Part shown: one piece after another, positions 8,746-19,805 of the stretch | Layout of the letters: each line of letters begins with the position of its first letter | Numbering within the stretch: the first letter of the stretch is position 1 | Origin: Dickeya dadantii NCPPB 898 | GTDB taxonomy: Bacteria > Pseudomonadota > Gammaproteobacteria > Enterobacterales > Enterobacteriaceae | Direction of reading: 5' to 3' | Length of the DNA stretch: 32,000 nucleotides | Assembly (NCBI RefSeq): GCF_000406145.1 | Contig: NZ_CM001976.1 | Coordinates: forward strand, 1,237,263 to 1,269,262 | Position numbers and translations under genes: made by a program | The notes under the pieces: model-generated | The model's database searches: none | What the model was told of the DNA's origin: nothing | Seen by the model: only the letters and a program-made list of their open reading frames with translations

Positions 8746-8793
8746 AATAAAAAAATAGTGTTTTCTGTCAGAAGTAAACACTATATATAGGGG
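8746..8793 (-). promoter_or_regulatory. Tandem NrdR-box-like pair in the nrdAB promoter/leader region
   Basis: Plus-strand acactatatatagggg (8778-8793) and aataaaaaaatagtgt (8746-8761) each match about 11 of 16 positions of the NrdR palindrome acaCwAtATaTwGtgt. The box centres are 32 bp apart, which is the expected spacing. They lie 77-125 nt upstream of the nrdA ATG. Confidence 0.5.
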
Positions 8794-8863
8794 GTGGAGC
8801 GGTTTTTGATAACAAGATAATGTGAAAATTTCCGCATTGCAAGTGAGCAAAACGGCCCACTCT

Positions 8864-8872
8864 TGTGGATAA
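8864..8872 (-). promoter_or_regulatory. Consensus DnaA box (TTATCCACA) upstream of nrdA
   Basis: Plus-strand tgtggataa equals minus-strand TTATCCACA, a perfect 9-mer about 195 nt upstream of the nrdA ATG. The E. coli nrdAB promoter is known to carry DnaA boxes. Confidence 0.5.
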
Positions 8873-9112
8873 CATAGGGAATAAATGTTACAAGCGCGCT
8901 AAATCCCAGCCACTACGCGGCTTCCTTTTTTGTCAACCTCGGGGGGAGAAAAAATAAAAAAATTGATCAACCGCCGGTTTCTTATCCGGAGGCAAAACTA
9001 TCTGCCTGATCAAAACAGTGTTTCAGACAAATAATTAAGAATTGTCTGAGATTGATATGTCGTCAGACAACGAATGAAGCGTGGTTTATGCCTGAAAACT
9101 TATTCTCTGGCG

Positions 9113-9141
9113 ATAAAAAAGCCGGTGGTTTTATCCACCGG
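9113..9141 (-). terminator. Rho-independent terminator of ubiG
   Basis: The minus strand reads CCGGTGG-ATAAAA-CCACCGG followed by CTTTTTTAT. It lies about 70 nt after the ubiG stop. Confidence 0.8.
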
Positions 9142-9192
9142 AATGGGGTGATTGGGAAACTGGAGAGGTCGATCTGTGTCTGACCGGCTCAG

Positions 9193-9238
9193 CCAAGGTG
9201 TGAGGTATGGATCATCCAAGGTGTGAGGTATGGATCAT
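9193..9238. repeat. Perfect 23-bp tandem duplication spanning the ubiG stop codon
   Basis: ccaaggtgtgaggtatggatcat occurs at 9193-9215 and again at 9216-9238. Confidence 0.95.
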
Positions 9239-9991
9239 ATAGTTGACGTCGACATTCGCGCCGAGCCGGAAGCTGTCCAGCAGCGGGTTATAGTGCAGAC
9301 CGATCATATGGCGCTCGCGCAGCGGCGTCTGGTCCACCCAGTCCAGCAGTTCCGCCGGGCGGATGAATTTTTTGATGTCGTGCGTGCCGCGCGGCACCAT
9401 CCTGGTCAGGTATTCCGCGCCGACGATCAGCATCAGCCAGGCCTTGGCGTTACGGTTGATGGTCGAGAAAAAGACATGGCCGCCGGGTTTGACCAGCCGG
9501 GCGCAGGCCAACACCACTGAGCGCGGGTCCGGCACATGCTCCAGCATTTCCATGCAGGTCACCACGTCGTAGGCGCCGGCATGGGCGTCTGCGTGGGCTT
9601 CCACCGTCTCCTGCACGTAACTGACCTGAACACCGCTTTCCAGCGCGTGCAGCCGGGCCACCTGCAAAGGTTCGCCGCCCATATCCAGTCCGGTGACGTG
9701 CGCGCCTTCCCGCGCCATGCTTTCGGCCAGAATGCCGCCACCGCAGCCGACATCCAGCACCTGTTTGCCGAAAATACCGCCGGCGCGTTCGAGAATGTAG
9801 TTCAGGCGCAGCGGGTTGATCCGGTGCAACGGCTTGAATTCGCCTTCCAGATCCCACCAGCGCGAGGCGACGGCTTCAAATTTGGCGATTTCATCGTGGT
9901 CGACGTTCGGGGTCGGGGCGGATGCCTTCAGCACATCAGGATTAGCGGCGCCGGCGTTTGCGGCATCTGTGTTCATGGCGTCTGTGTTCAT
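9212..9991 (-). CDS. ubiG: Bifunctional ubiquinone-biosynthesis O-methyltransferase UbiG
   Basis: This is the 259-aa ORF. It reads ...[35 protein letters not shown]...[20 protein letters not shown] (SAM motif). The core is colinear with E. coli UbiG. The true start could instead be the second ATG, at 9976. Confidence 0.93.
   Translation of the reverse strand: MNTDAMNTDAANAGAANPDVLKASAPTPNVDHDEIAKFEAVASRWWDLEGEFKPLHRINPLRLNYILERAGGIFGKQVLDVGCGGGILAESMAREGAHVTGLDMGGEPLQVARLHALESGVQVSYVQETVEAHADAHAGAYDVVTCMEMLEHVPDPRSVVLACARLVKPGGHVFFSTINRNAKAWLMLIVGAEYLTRMVPRGTHDIKKFIRPAELLDWVDQTPLRERHMIGLHYNPLLDSFRLGANVDVNYMIHTSHLG
9962..9991. repeat. 15-bp tandem duplication (1 mismatch) that duplicates the ubiG start codon and first five codons
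   Basis: ggcatctgtgttcat (9962-9976) and ggcgtctgtgttcat (9977-9991). The coding sense is ATGAACACAGACGCC ATGAACACAGATGCC, giving [10 protein letters not shown]. Confidence 0.9.
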
Positions 9992-10248
9992 GGAGAGCGA
10001 TCACCTTTCATCAATATTGACTGGGGCGAGTATAACGAGCGGGAGGCGCTTGTTGTAGTCGCTAACGCGTGTTGTCGTCATTAACGATAGCGTCGTGGTT
10101 TTCGCGCCTTGTGATGGCGGTAACATTACGGTAACAAAACGCGAGGCGCCTCCATAAAGAAGCGTCAGGAAACCGGTGCGAAGTTTCCCCTGAAACCCCG
10201 GTTTATGATATGATTTTCCACCTTTTAAAATCGGGTAGATGTGAATAG

Positions 10249-12897
<2,649 letters not shown>

Positions 12898-12927
12898 TCC
12901 CTTCATCCGTCGGTGATGACCGACCAG

Positions 12928-12957
12928 AGCCAGCGCCCGATGCGCTGGCTTTTTTTA
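12928..12957 (+). terminator. Rho-independent terminator of gyrA
   Basis: agccagcgc (12928-12936), loop ccgat, gcgctggct (12942-12950), then a T-run to 12957. Confidence 0.85.
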
Positions 12958-13021
12958 TGCAGGATCGGTACTGTATCGACTGACCCCTATCTGATTTTCC
13001 CTTGCTGACAACCTTTACGGT

Positions 13022-15883
13022 ATGCCTTTGAAAGTTATCGCTTCTTTTCAGACCACCCTTAAAGTCTCCCGGTATATGTTCCGGGCGCTGGCGACCACGC
13101 TGTGGATTCTGGGCGCACTGATTTCGGTTTTTTACGTGAACAAGGAACTGAATCAGCGGGAATCGCACCTGCGACAGATTTTCTCCCTCAATTTCGAACA
13201 ATCGCTGGGGTATATTCGCCATACCACCGATGTGGCGCGCGAGCTGCGGTACATTGCTGCTAACCGCCTCAGCACGCCTGTCGCACCGCGGGAACGCAGC
13301 ACCGCTAAAAAAACGCCGTCCGCCATTTATCCGCTGTCGTCCACTTTTGACTGTAGCGAACAATATGAGAAGAACCCTGCTCAATTGCAGTCGCTGACCG
13401 GCTTTTTCGATCAATGGCATGATGATTTCTCGTCGGTCTATGACCTTAATCGCATCTTTTTTGTCGACAGCAGCCAGCAGTGTATTGTCGATTTTGGCAT
13501 TCGCAATCAGTCGCTGGATAGCGACAGCTTGATGAAGAGCGTGCAGGAGCGATTGCAGAATCAGAAGTCCAACCGGGCGGGGAATCGTCGCGAGGAGAGC
13601 CTGTTCTGGGTGATGCCTGGCCCGACGCCGGACTCGGGGTATCTGTACGCGTTGACGCCGGTGTATGTGGATAACCGTTTGGTGACCATGATGGGGATCG
13701 AACAGACTATCCGGCTGGATGACTTTATGTTGAATGGCGACCTGCCGTTCAGTGTCAGATTACTGGATCAGAATGATCGGGCTCTGTTGCAGTTTACCGA
13801 CAGCCAGTCCGGCAATAGCCTCAGCCATTACCCGGATTCGAACAACTACTTTGGCTACAGCGATGGCTACGGGGCCTTATTGATGAAAAAGGCGCTGCCG
13901 CCTACGTCGATGACAGTGGTGTATTCGCTGCCGCTGGAAGTGATTCTGATGTCGCTCAATACGCTGATTATCAATATCGCGTTGTTGAATCTGGCATCGG
14001 CTATCTGTCTGTTTTTACTGACCCGGCTGTTTGAGCGAAAAATTTTTCTGCCGGCGGAGCGCAACGCGCTCCAGCTGGAAGAGAACGAACAGTTCAACCG
14101 CAAAATTGTGGCGTCGGCGCCGGTGGGCATCTGCATTCTTAGGATCAGCGACGGCACCAATATTATCAGCAACGAACTGGCGCATAACTACCTCAGCCTG
14201 CTGACGTATGAAGACCGGGTGCGTATTGTGCGCATCATCTGCGAGCAGCAATCCAAATCGCTGGATGTGGTGACCGGGCGCAATCACCATCTGCAAATTA
14301 GCTTTGTACACTCGCGCTACCGCAACGAAAACGTGGCTATCTGCGTGCTGCTCGACGTCAGCGCCCGGGTGCGCATGGAAGAGTCGTTGCAGGAGATGGC
14401 TAACGCCGCCGAGCAGGCCAGCCAGTCCAAATCGATGTTTCTGGCGACTGTCAGCCATGAATTACGCACGCCGCTGTACGGCATCATCGGCAATCTGGAT
14501 TTATTGCAAACGAAATCGTTGCCATCGGATGCCAACCGGCTGGTGACGGCGATGCAAAACTCTTCGGCGCTGCTGCTGAAGATCATCAGCGACATTCTTG
14601 ATTTCTCCAAGATTGAGTCGGAACAGCTGAAGATAGAACCTGGTGAATTCGCGCCGCGCGAGGTGATAAACCATATCGTGAGTAACTACCTGCCGCTGGT
14701 GGTGAAAAAGCGGCTGGTGCTGTATTGCTATATCGACCCTAACGTACCCTTCCGGCTGCTGGGCGATGCGGTGCGGTTGCAGCAGGTGTTGAGCAATTTG
14801 CTCAGTAATGCCATCAAGTTTACCGATACAGGCTGTATCGTGTTCCAGGTGGCGTGCTGCGATGACGGGTATCTGGTGTTCAAGATGCGGGATACCGGCG
14901 TCGGTATCGATACCCGCGCGGTGATGAAATTGTTTGATCCCTTCTTTCAGGCCGGGACTGGGGTGCAGCGTCACTTTCAGGGAACCGGGCTGGGGCTGGC
15001 GATTTGTGAAAAGCTGGTCAGCCTGATGGATGGGGATATCACCATTGAATCCGAACCGGGGCTTGGCAGCGAGTTCGGCATTCGTATTCCGCTTTATCGC
15101 GCTCACTACCCGCAGACGTTGCAGGTGCCGGATTTGCAGGGGAAAACCTGCTGGTTACAGATTCGCAATGCGCAGATGGAACGCTATCTGCTGGGGTTGC
15201 TGAATGCCTGTGGTCTGGATGCGCGGCGTTACGAAGACGGGCAGCTTGTCAGTAGAGATGACGTGATGATTTCTGATCATGTGCCGGATACGCTGCCAAA
15301 TGCGCACGCCTGTGTGGAGATTAGCGGTATGCAGGCAGGTGCCGCACAGGAGGTTCGGGCGGGTTACTGGCTGTACAGTACGGCCGCGCTGCATGAATTG
15401 CCGGTGTTGCTGCAACGTATTTATCGGGGTGAGGATGAATTGTCCACGGCGGCGCTGTCCCTGCCATCGGTCAGTTACAATCGCAGCGAAAACAGCGATA
15501 TTCGCCTTCTGGTGGTGGATGACCACCCGATTAACCGTCGTTTGCTAGCCGATCAACTCGGTTCGCTGGGATATCAGGTCATTACGGCCAATGACGGGTT
15601 GGATGCACTGGACGTACTGGCGAAGAATCCGGTGGATATTATCCTGACCGACGTCAACATGCCGAATATGGACGGTTATCGCTTTACCCAGCGGCTGCGG
15701 GAAATGGAGCAGACTTTACCGGTGATTGGCGTCACCGCCAATGCGCTGGCGGAAGAGCGGCAGCGCTGTCTGCAGGCCGGTATGGATAACTGTTTGTCCA
15801 AACCGGTGACGCTGGATACGTTACAGCAGTCGTTGTCGTATTACAGTAATTTGGTCAGGCAGAACAAGTCGGTTCAGTCGTAA
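13022..15883 (+). CDS. rcsC: Hybrid sensor histidine kinase RcsC
   Basis: This is the 953-aa ORF. The N-terminus MPLKVIASFQTTLKVSRYMFRAL resembles E. coli MKYLASFRTTLKASRYMFRAL. It has the H-box ATVSHELRTPLYG, an HATPase G-box, and a C-terminal receiver (LVVDDHPINRRLL...DVNMPNMDGY). Confidence 0.96.
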   Translation: MPLKVIASFQTTLKVSRYMFRALATTLWILGALISVFYVNKELNQRESHLRQIFSLNFEQSLGYIRHTTDVARELRYIAANRLSTPVAPRERSTAKKTPSAIYPLSSTFDCSEQYEKNPAQLQSLTGFFDQWHDDFSSVYDLNRIFFVDSSQQCIVDFGIRNQSLDSDSLMKSVQERLQNQKSNRAGNRREESLFWVMPGPTPDSGYLYALTPVYVDNRLVTMMGIEQTIRLDDFMLNGDLPFSVRLLDQNDRALLQFTDSQSGNSLSHYPDSNNYFGYSDGYGALLMKKALPPTSMTVVYSLPLEVILMSLNTLIINIALLNLASAICLFLLTRLFERKIFLPAERNALQLEENEQFNRKIVASAPVGICILRISDGTNIISNELAHNYLSLLTYEDRVRIVRIICEQQSKSLDVVTGRNHHLQISFVHSRYRNENVAICVLLDVSARVRMEESLQEMANAAEQASQSKSMFLATVSHELRTPLYGIIGNLDLLQTKSLPSDANRLVTAMQNSSALLLKIISDILDFSKIESEQLKIEPGEFAPREVINHIVSNYLPLVVKKRLVLYCYIDPNVPFRLLGDAVRLQQVLSNLLSNAIKFTDTGCIVFQVACCDDGYLVFKMRDTGVGIDTRAVMKLFDPFFQAGTGVQRHFQGTGLGLAICEKLVSLMDGDITIESEPGLGSEFGIRIPLYRAHYPQTLQVPDLQGKTCWLQIRNAQMERYLLGLLNACGLDARRYEDGQLVSRDDVMISDHVPDTLPNAHACVEISGMQAGAAQEVRAGYWLYSTAALHELPVLLQRIYRGEDELSTAALSLPSVSYNRSENSDIRLLVVDDHPINRRLLADQLGSLGYQVITANDGLDALDVLAKNPVDIILTDVNMPNMDGYRFTQRLREMEQTLPVIGVTANALAEERQRCLQAGMDNCLSKPVTLDTLQQSLSYYSNLVRQNKSVQS

Positions 15884-15907
15884 GCCAGGCCAGTTTGGGT
15901 GAGGAAG

Positions 15908-15936
15908 GCCGGCGAGCAGATTACCCGCTCGCCGGC
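15908..15936. terminator. GC-rich hairpin between convergent rcsC and rcsB (possible bidirectional terminator; no clear U-tract)
   Basis: gccggcgagc (15908-15917), loop agattaccc, gctcgccggc (15927-15936): a 10-bp perfect stem. Confidence 0.45.
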
Positions 15937-15943
15937 AAGAGCA

Positions 15944-16594
15944 TTACTCTTTGTCAGACGGCGACACGCCGACGGAAGAGAGGTAGTTCAACAGGGCGAT
16001 ATCGTTGTCCACGCCAAGTTTGGTCATGGCCGATTTCTTCTGGCTACTGATGGTCTTGATGCTGCGGTTGAGTTTTCTGGCGATTTCAGTGACCAGAAAT
16101 CCTTCGGCAAACAGGCGCAAAACCTCGCTTTCCTTGGGAGACAGGCGTTTGTCGCCGTAACCGCTGGCGCTGATTTTTTCCAGCACTTTGCTGACGCTTT
16201 CCGGCGTGAATTTTTTGCCTTTCTGCAACGCGGCCAGCGCTTTGGGCAGGTCGGTCGGCGCGCCTTGTTTCAGGACAATCCCTTCGATATCCAGCTCCAG
16301 CACGGCGCTGAGAATAGCCGGATTATTGTTCATGGTCAGTACAATAATCGACAGGTGCGGAAAATGGCGCTTGATATATTTGATCAGGGTAATGCCGTCG
16401 CCGTATTTATCCCCTGGCATGGATAGATCGGTGATCAGGACATTGGCGTCCAGTTTGGGAAGATTGTTAATCAGGGCTGTCGAGTCTTCGAATTCACCCA
16501 CGACGTTAACCCATTCGATTTGTTCCAGCGACTTTTTAATGCCAAACAAAACAATAGGATGGTCGTCTGCAATAATTACGTTTAGATTGCTCAT
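15944..16594 (-). CDS. rcsB: Rcs phosphorelay response regulator RcsB (FixJ/LuxR family)
   Basis: This is the 216-aa ORF. It reads MSNLNVIIADDHPIVLFGIKKSL...DLSMPGDKYGDG... and has a C-terminal LuxR HTH. It is nearly identical to E. coli RcsB as I remember it. Confidence 0.97.
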   Translation of the reverse strand: MSNLNVIIADDHPIVLFGIKKSLEQIEWVNVVGEFEDSTALINNLPKLDANVLITDLSMPGDKYGDGITLIKYIKRHFPHLSIIVLTMNNNPAILSAVLELDIEGIVLKQGAPTDLPKALAALQKGKKFTPESVSKVLEKISASGYGDKRLSPKESEVLRLFAEGFLVTEIARKLNRSIKTISSQKKSAMTKLGVDNDIALLNYLSSVGVSPSDKE

Positions 16595-16600
16595 TGTTTT

Positions 16601-19270
16601 TTACTCATATTGTTGGCCACCGGGCTGCAGCAATGCTGTGACAAAGCCTTCGATCTGCTGAAGGTTGGTTTCTATCTGCGCGCGATCCTGGGTGGTAATA
16701 AGCTTTTCCAGCGCTTCACATAACTGCTTGCCGGGATGAAGATTCAGCATGGCAAAGACACCTTTCAGGCGGTGTGCTGTTTGCGCAAGTGACAAAAAAT
16801 CGCCATCTTGGGTCTCAGTATATAGTCTCTTTAAGTCCTCCGGTACTGTATCAACAAACAAGGAATAGTAGTCGCTATTGCGTAACTGACGGACATAGAA
16901 GCCGATATCGTCCTGTTCTTCAGGCAGGGTATCGTCCGGAGATGTCTCCAGTTGCTGTTCGATCAGTTTCAGCAGACCATCCAGCAGTAACTGGCTGATA
17001 TTGTAGTTGGTACGCAGGCGGCGATGCCCCAGCGGCACCAGTAGAGTATCGTCACTGGTCACCAGCAAGGTATCGTCGGCTACCCGGCTGGGATCGTCGG
17101 TAATGGTGATTTCCGCATCCTGGCTCACCAGTCGTTCGTCGTATACCGCGACATCAGCACCCCAGTTATTCACCATGCGGCTGACAATAGTACGCACCTC
17201 ATCCGAGGTAATGTTCAGGAGTAGCGTGATGTCGTCCAATAATTTCTCATCTTCTTCCGCAGGCAGCGGGTCCGGCTGCATTTTCAAGGTCAGCACGTAC
17301 TGGGTGCCGAGTCCTGGTCGACTGTTGATTTGCAGTTGACCCCCCAGTTTGTTGCAAAGCTGATTGCATAGAAATAGGGTTAATCCGGAATTGTGCCGGA
17401 AGCGATCGGATAGCGGGGTGGTGGCGAACGGATGCACCAGATTGTCCCGTTCCATACCGGAAATATCGGTGCCGGTATCGCTGATGCGGATCAGCAACTG
17501 TTCAGGAGAGTGCGCCGAAGGTTCGCAGGACAGGGTGATCTTGCCGTAGTCGGTATTGGTGATGGAATAATCCAGCAGCAGCGACAGGGTTTTCTTCAGC
17601 AATTCGCTGTCGCCCAGATAGGTCTGGCGCGGGTCGAGCTTGTAGTGATTGAACAGTTTCAGCCCTTTTTGCTGGATGCGCGGCAGCAGTTCCAGCATCA
17701 AATCGTCGATCAGCGTTAGCGGCGAAAACGAATCATGGACCATATGCCATTCCACCGTTTCCAGCCGTGCCTGCAGGGCGATGTTTTCCATCAGGCGGAT
17801 GGCGCCGCTGGCTTCGGCAATCAGCGCTTGAATCGTTTTCTGCTGTTCCGGCGGATTGTCGGTTTTGCGCAGCATCAGCGCCAACTGATGTACGGCGGAC
17901 AGCGGTTGCTTAAATTCCTGGCTTAGGTTGCGGAACAGGCGTTTGCGAACTGAGACGTTTTTGTCGAATTCGCGCTGCGCCAGCTGCAGTTTTTTGGTAA
18001 TCAATATCTCCTGATCCTGTTCGCGCAGCAGGAACAGGCACAGCGACGGCGTGTGTTGACTGTGGAAAACTCGCACTTCGTACATCTCGTTGTCCACCGT
18101 GGCTTGAATGACGCCCTGATGTTCCTCCGCCAGCGTGGAGATTTTCTTCAGGCTAAGGTGCGGGTACAACCTTTCCGCCAGCGCGTTCGCCACCATCACT
18201 TTATTGTTGCTGAAATCGTAAACCAGCACCCCTACCGGGATACGGCTGACGATCTCGCCGTACATCCGCTGCTGTTCTTTCAGGTGATGCGACAGGTCAT
18301 CCTTTGGCCGGGCGTAGTAGCGCCGTAACGCGTAGAACCCCATCAGCGAGAGAGTCAGCAACGCCAGATTGAGCGCAATCACCCAGATGTTGTTGCGCAG
18401 CATGTCGGTTACCAACCGGCCCAGCGGAATGGCATAGACCAGTTTGATTGGCGAGTTCATCAACTGAGCCGATATTTCCAGCAGCGCGCCTTCGCGGCGA
18501 ATATCGGTGGGGATATCGTTGTCCGCGTTGGCGTCGGCGTTTACCGGCGGTGTCTGCTGACGCAGCATGAAATTGTCTCGCGACATATTGCGCGGGATCA
18601 GATCGTTGATAGACAAGTCGAACGCAATGACGGTAGCCAGATGCCCGGGCTGATTGAACGTCGTGCGCAGGGTAAAGTAATAGTCGTTGTAAAAACGCAG
18701 TTTGCGCAAGGGAGAGAAGCTTTCCCGTTCATCCAGCGTGTTCGCCTGCTGCAGCATCTCGGTTTTGCGCGATTCCACCATCGATGAGAGGTAACTGCCG
18801 CGGAACTGTGACGAGATATCTTTCAGCGGCTGGGTGGATACCATGGTCAGGCTGTTGTCCTGCCCGTTGAGGTAGTACATCGAGTAGATATCGGTTTTCG
18901 CGCCCCACAATACGTCCAGATATTGCGATATCCGGTGCATGGCGCCGAGCGTGGTTTTGTCGTGTGGTCCGAAAATCAGGGCATCCGTTTTATGGCCGCT
19001 TTTCTCGACATAAAATACATTCGGCATCAGCGTAATCAGATTGATGTTGGGAGTGTCGGGCTGCGTCGGATCGCTGATCAGATTTTTGTAGATCTGATCG
19101 GTGAAGAAGCGGTAGGCGTCGATGCGCTTTTGCATTCCTTCCGCAATGTCCGTCAGCGCGGATTTTTTCTCCGTCATCCAGCTGTTGACGTAGTTATAGC
19201 TGTAGGCGCCGGTCATCAGCAGCAGCAACAGAATAAACAGCAGGAAAAAACGCACGATAGCCGCAGGCAT
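16601..19270 (-). CDS. rcsD: Rcs phosphotransfer intermediate RcsD (HPt protein)
   Basis: The track ORF is 16601..19342. I trimmed it to the ATG at 19270 (MPAAIVRFFLLFILLLLL...), which has an AGGAG 9 nt upstream. It has a C-terminal HPt motif AHRLKGVFAMLNL. The result is 889 aa, against about 890 in E. coli. Confidence 0.9.
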   Translation of the reverse strand: MPAAIVRFFLLFILLLLLMTGAYSYNYVNSWMTEKKSALTDIAEGMQKRIDAYRFFTDQIYKNLISDPTQPDTPNINLITLMPNVFYVEKSGHKTDALIFGPHDKTTLGAMHRISQYLDVLWGAKTDIYSMYYLNGQDNSLTMVSTQPLKDISSQFRGSYLSSMVESRKTEMLQQANTLDERESFSPLRKLRFYNDYYFTLRTTFNQPGHLATVIAFDLSINDLIPRNMSRDNFMLRQQTPPVNADANADNDIPTDIRREGALLEISAQLMNSPIKLVYAIPLGRLVTDMLRNNIWVIALNLALLTLSLMGFYALRRYYARPKDDLSHHLKEQQRMYGEIVSRIPVGVLVYDFSNNKVMVANALAERLYPHLSLKKISTLAEEHQGVIQATVDNEMYEVRVFHSQHTPSLCLFLLREQDQEILITKKLQLAQREFDKNVSVRKRLFRNLSQEFKQPLSAVHQLALMLRKTDNPPEQQKTIQALIAEASGAIRLMENIALQARLETVEWHMVHDSFSPLTLIDDLMLELLPRIQQKGLKLFNHYKLDPRQTYLGDSELLKKTLSLLLDYSITNTDYGKITLSCEPSAHSPEQLLIRISDTGTDISGMERDNLVHPFATTPLSDRFRHNSGLTLFLCNQLCNKLGGQLQINSRPGLGTQYVLTLKMQPDPLPAEEDEKLLDDITLLLNITSDEVRTIVSRMVNNWGADVAVYDERLVSQDAEITITDDPSRVADDTLLVTSDDTLLVPLGHRRLRTNYNISQLLLDGLLKLIEQQLETSPDDTLPEEQDDIGFYVRQLRNSDYYSLFVDTVPEDLKRLYTETQDGDFLSLAQTAHRLKGVFAMLNLHPGKQLCEALEKLITTQDRAQIETNLQQIEGFVTALLQPGGQQYE

Positions 19271-19274
19271 GAAA

Positions 19275-19598
19275 TCAGGCTCCTGATGAACGGGTAAGAA
19301 GACGGATACTGAGGCTGACAACCAGCAGCAACAGCGCGACACAGCCCAGAGCCAGCGACAGGCTGCTCCATTGTGCGATAAAGCCGGGCAGCGCCAGACC
19401 GGTCAGAATACCGGTATAACCGAGAGTGCTGACTGAAGCAACGGCCAGCCCGGCGGGCATGACTCGCTGTTTGCCTGCCACCGAGACGGACATCGCCGCG
19501 CCCGTGATGAAAAACGCCGCCCGTGTGGCGAACTGTAACGCTTTGTCGTCCGGTCGCTGTGACTGACCCGGCGTGGAGGAACTCAAGATTGAACTCAT
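19275..19598 (-). CDS. Hypothetical 107-aa polytopic membrane protein, or the C-terminal remnant of a transporter gene
   Basis: This ORF is from the track. Its codon usage is gene-like (CTG/GCG/GGC-rich, high GC3). It has about three hydrophobic helices (AAFFITGAAMSVSVAG, PAGLAVASVSTLGYTGILTGLALPGFIA, LSLALGCVALLLLVVSLSI). No Shine-Dalgarno precedes its ATG. Its TGA lies 4 nt before the rcsD ATG, and the rcsD RBS sits inside it. Confidence 0.35.
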   Translation of the reverse strand: MSSILSSSTPGQSQRPDDKALQFATRAAFFITGAAMSVSVAGKQRVMPAGLAVASVSTLGYTGILTGLALPGFIAQWSSLSLALGCVALLLLVVSLSIRLLTRSSGA

Positions 19599-19726
19599 TG
19601 CTGAATAACTATCGTCGCTGAATCTGACAGAGGGGTATTTTTACCACAATTACGGCGTTTTATCGAAAGAGGATGTGTATCGCCGACAGAAAATGCGGGA
19701 AGGGTTCCATAATAAGCCGCACGGAT

Positions 19727-19799
19727 AAAAAATGCCGGGACAAGCCCGGCAATAAGAAGGTAATTTATGATAAAGCGGAATGAATAATTTGATGATAGC
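19727..19799 (-). ncRNA. micF: MicF-like antisense sRNA (about 73 nt)
   Basis: The minus strand reads GCTATCATCAAATTATTCATTCCGCTTTATCATAAATTACCTTCTTATTGCCGGGCTTGTCCCGGCATTTTTT. The first 10 nt match the E. coli MicF 5' end (GCUAUCAUCA...) as I remember it. The body is AU-rich. The 3' end is a GCCGGG-CTTGT-CCCGGC hairpin plus a T6 intrinsic terminator. It lies directly upstream of rcsD in the same orientation, as in E. coli. Confidence 0.7.
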
Positions 19800-19805
19800 G
19801 AAGAA

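Noticed and set aside
8670-8747. N-terminal extensions proposed by the ORF track: nrdA from 8747; nrdB from 6219; rcsD from 19342; menD from the TTG at 21849; menB from 24240; yfaZ from the TTG at 27746; yfaY from the GTG at 28551.
   Set aside because: The internal ATGs reproduce the E. coli N-termini and protein lengths, and most have better Shine-Dalgarno sequences. The extensions run through promoters, repeats or upstream genes.
9131-9139. A near-consensus DnaA box, TTATCCACC (8 of 9 positions).
   Set aside because: It forms the loop and right arm of the ubiG intrinsic terminator hairpin. A single 8-of-9 match is expected by chance, so I make no functional claim.
10204-10214. Overlapping TATGAT hexamers as the gyrA -10.
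   Set aside because: The position relative to the conserved leader is plausible. However, no acceptable -35 or TG extension is present, so I cannot choose between the two hexamers without transcription start site data.
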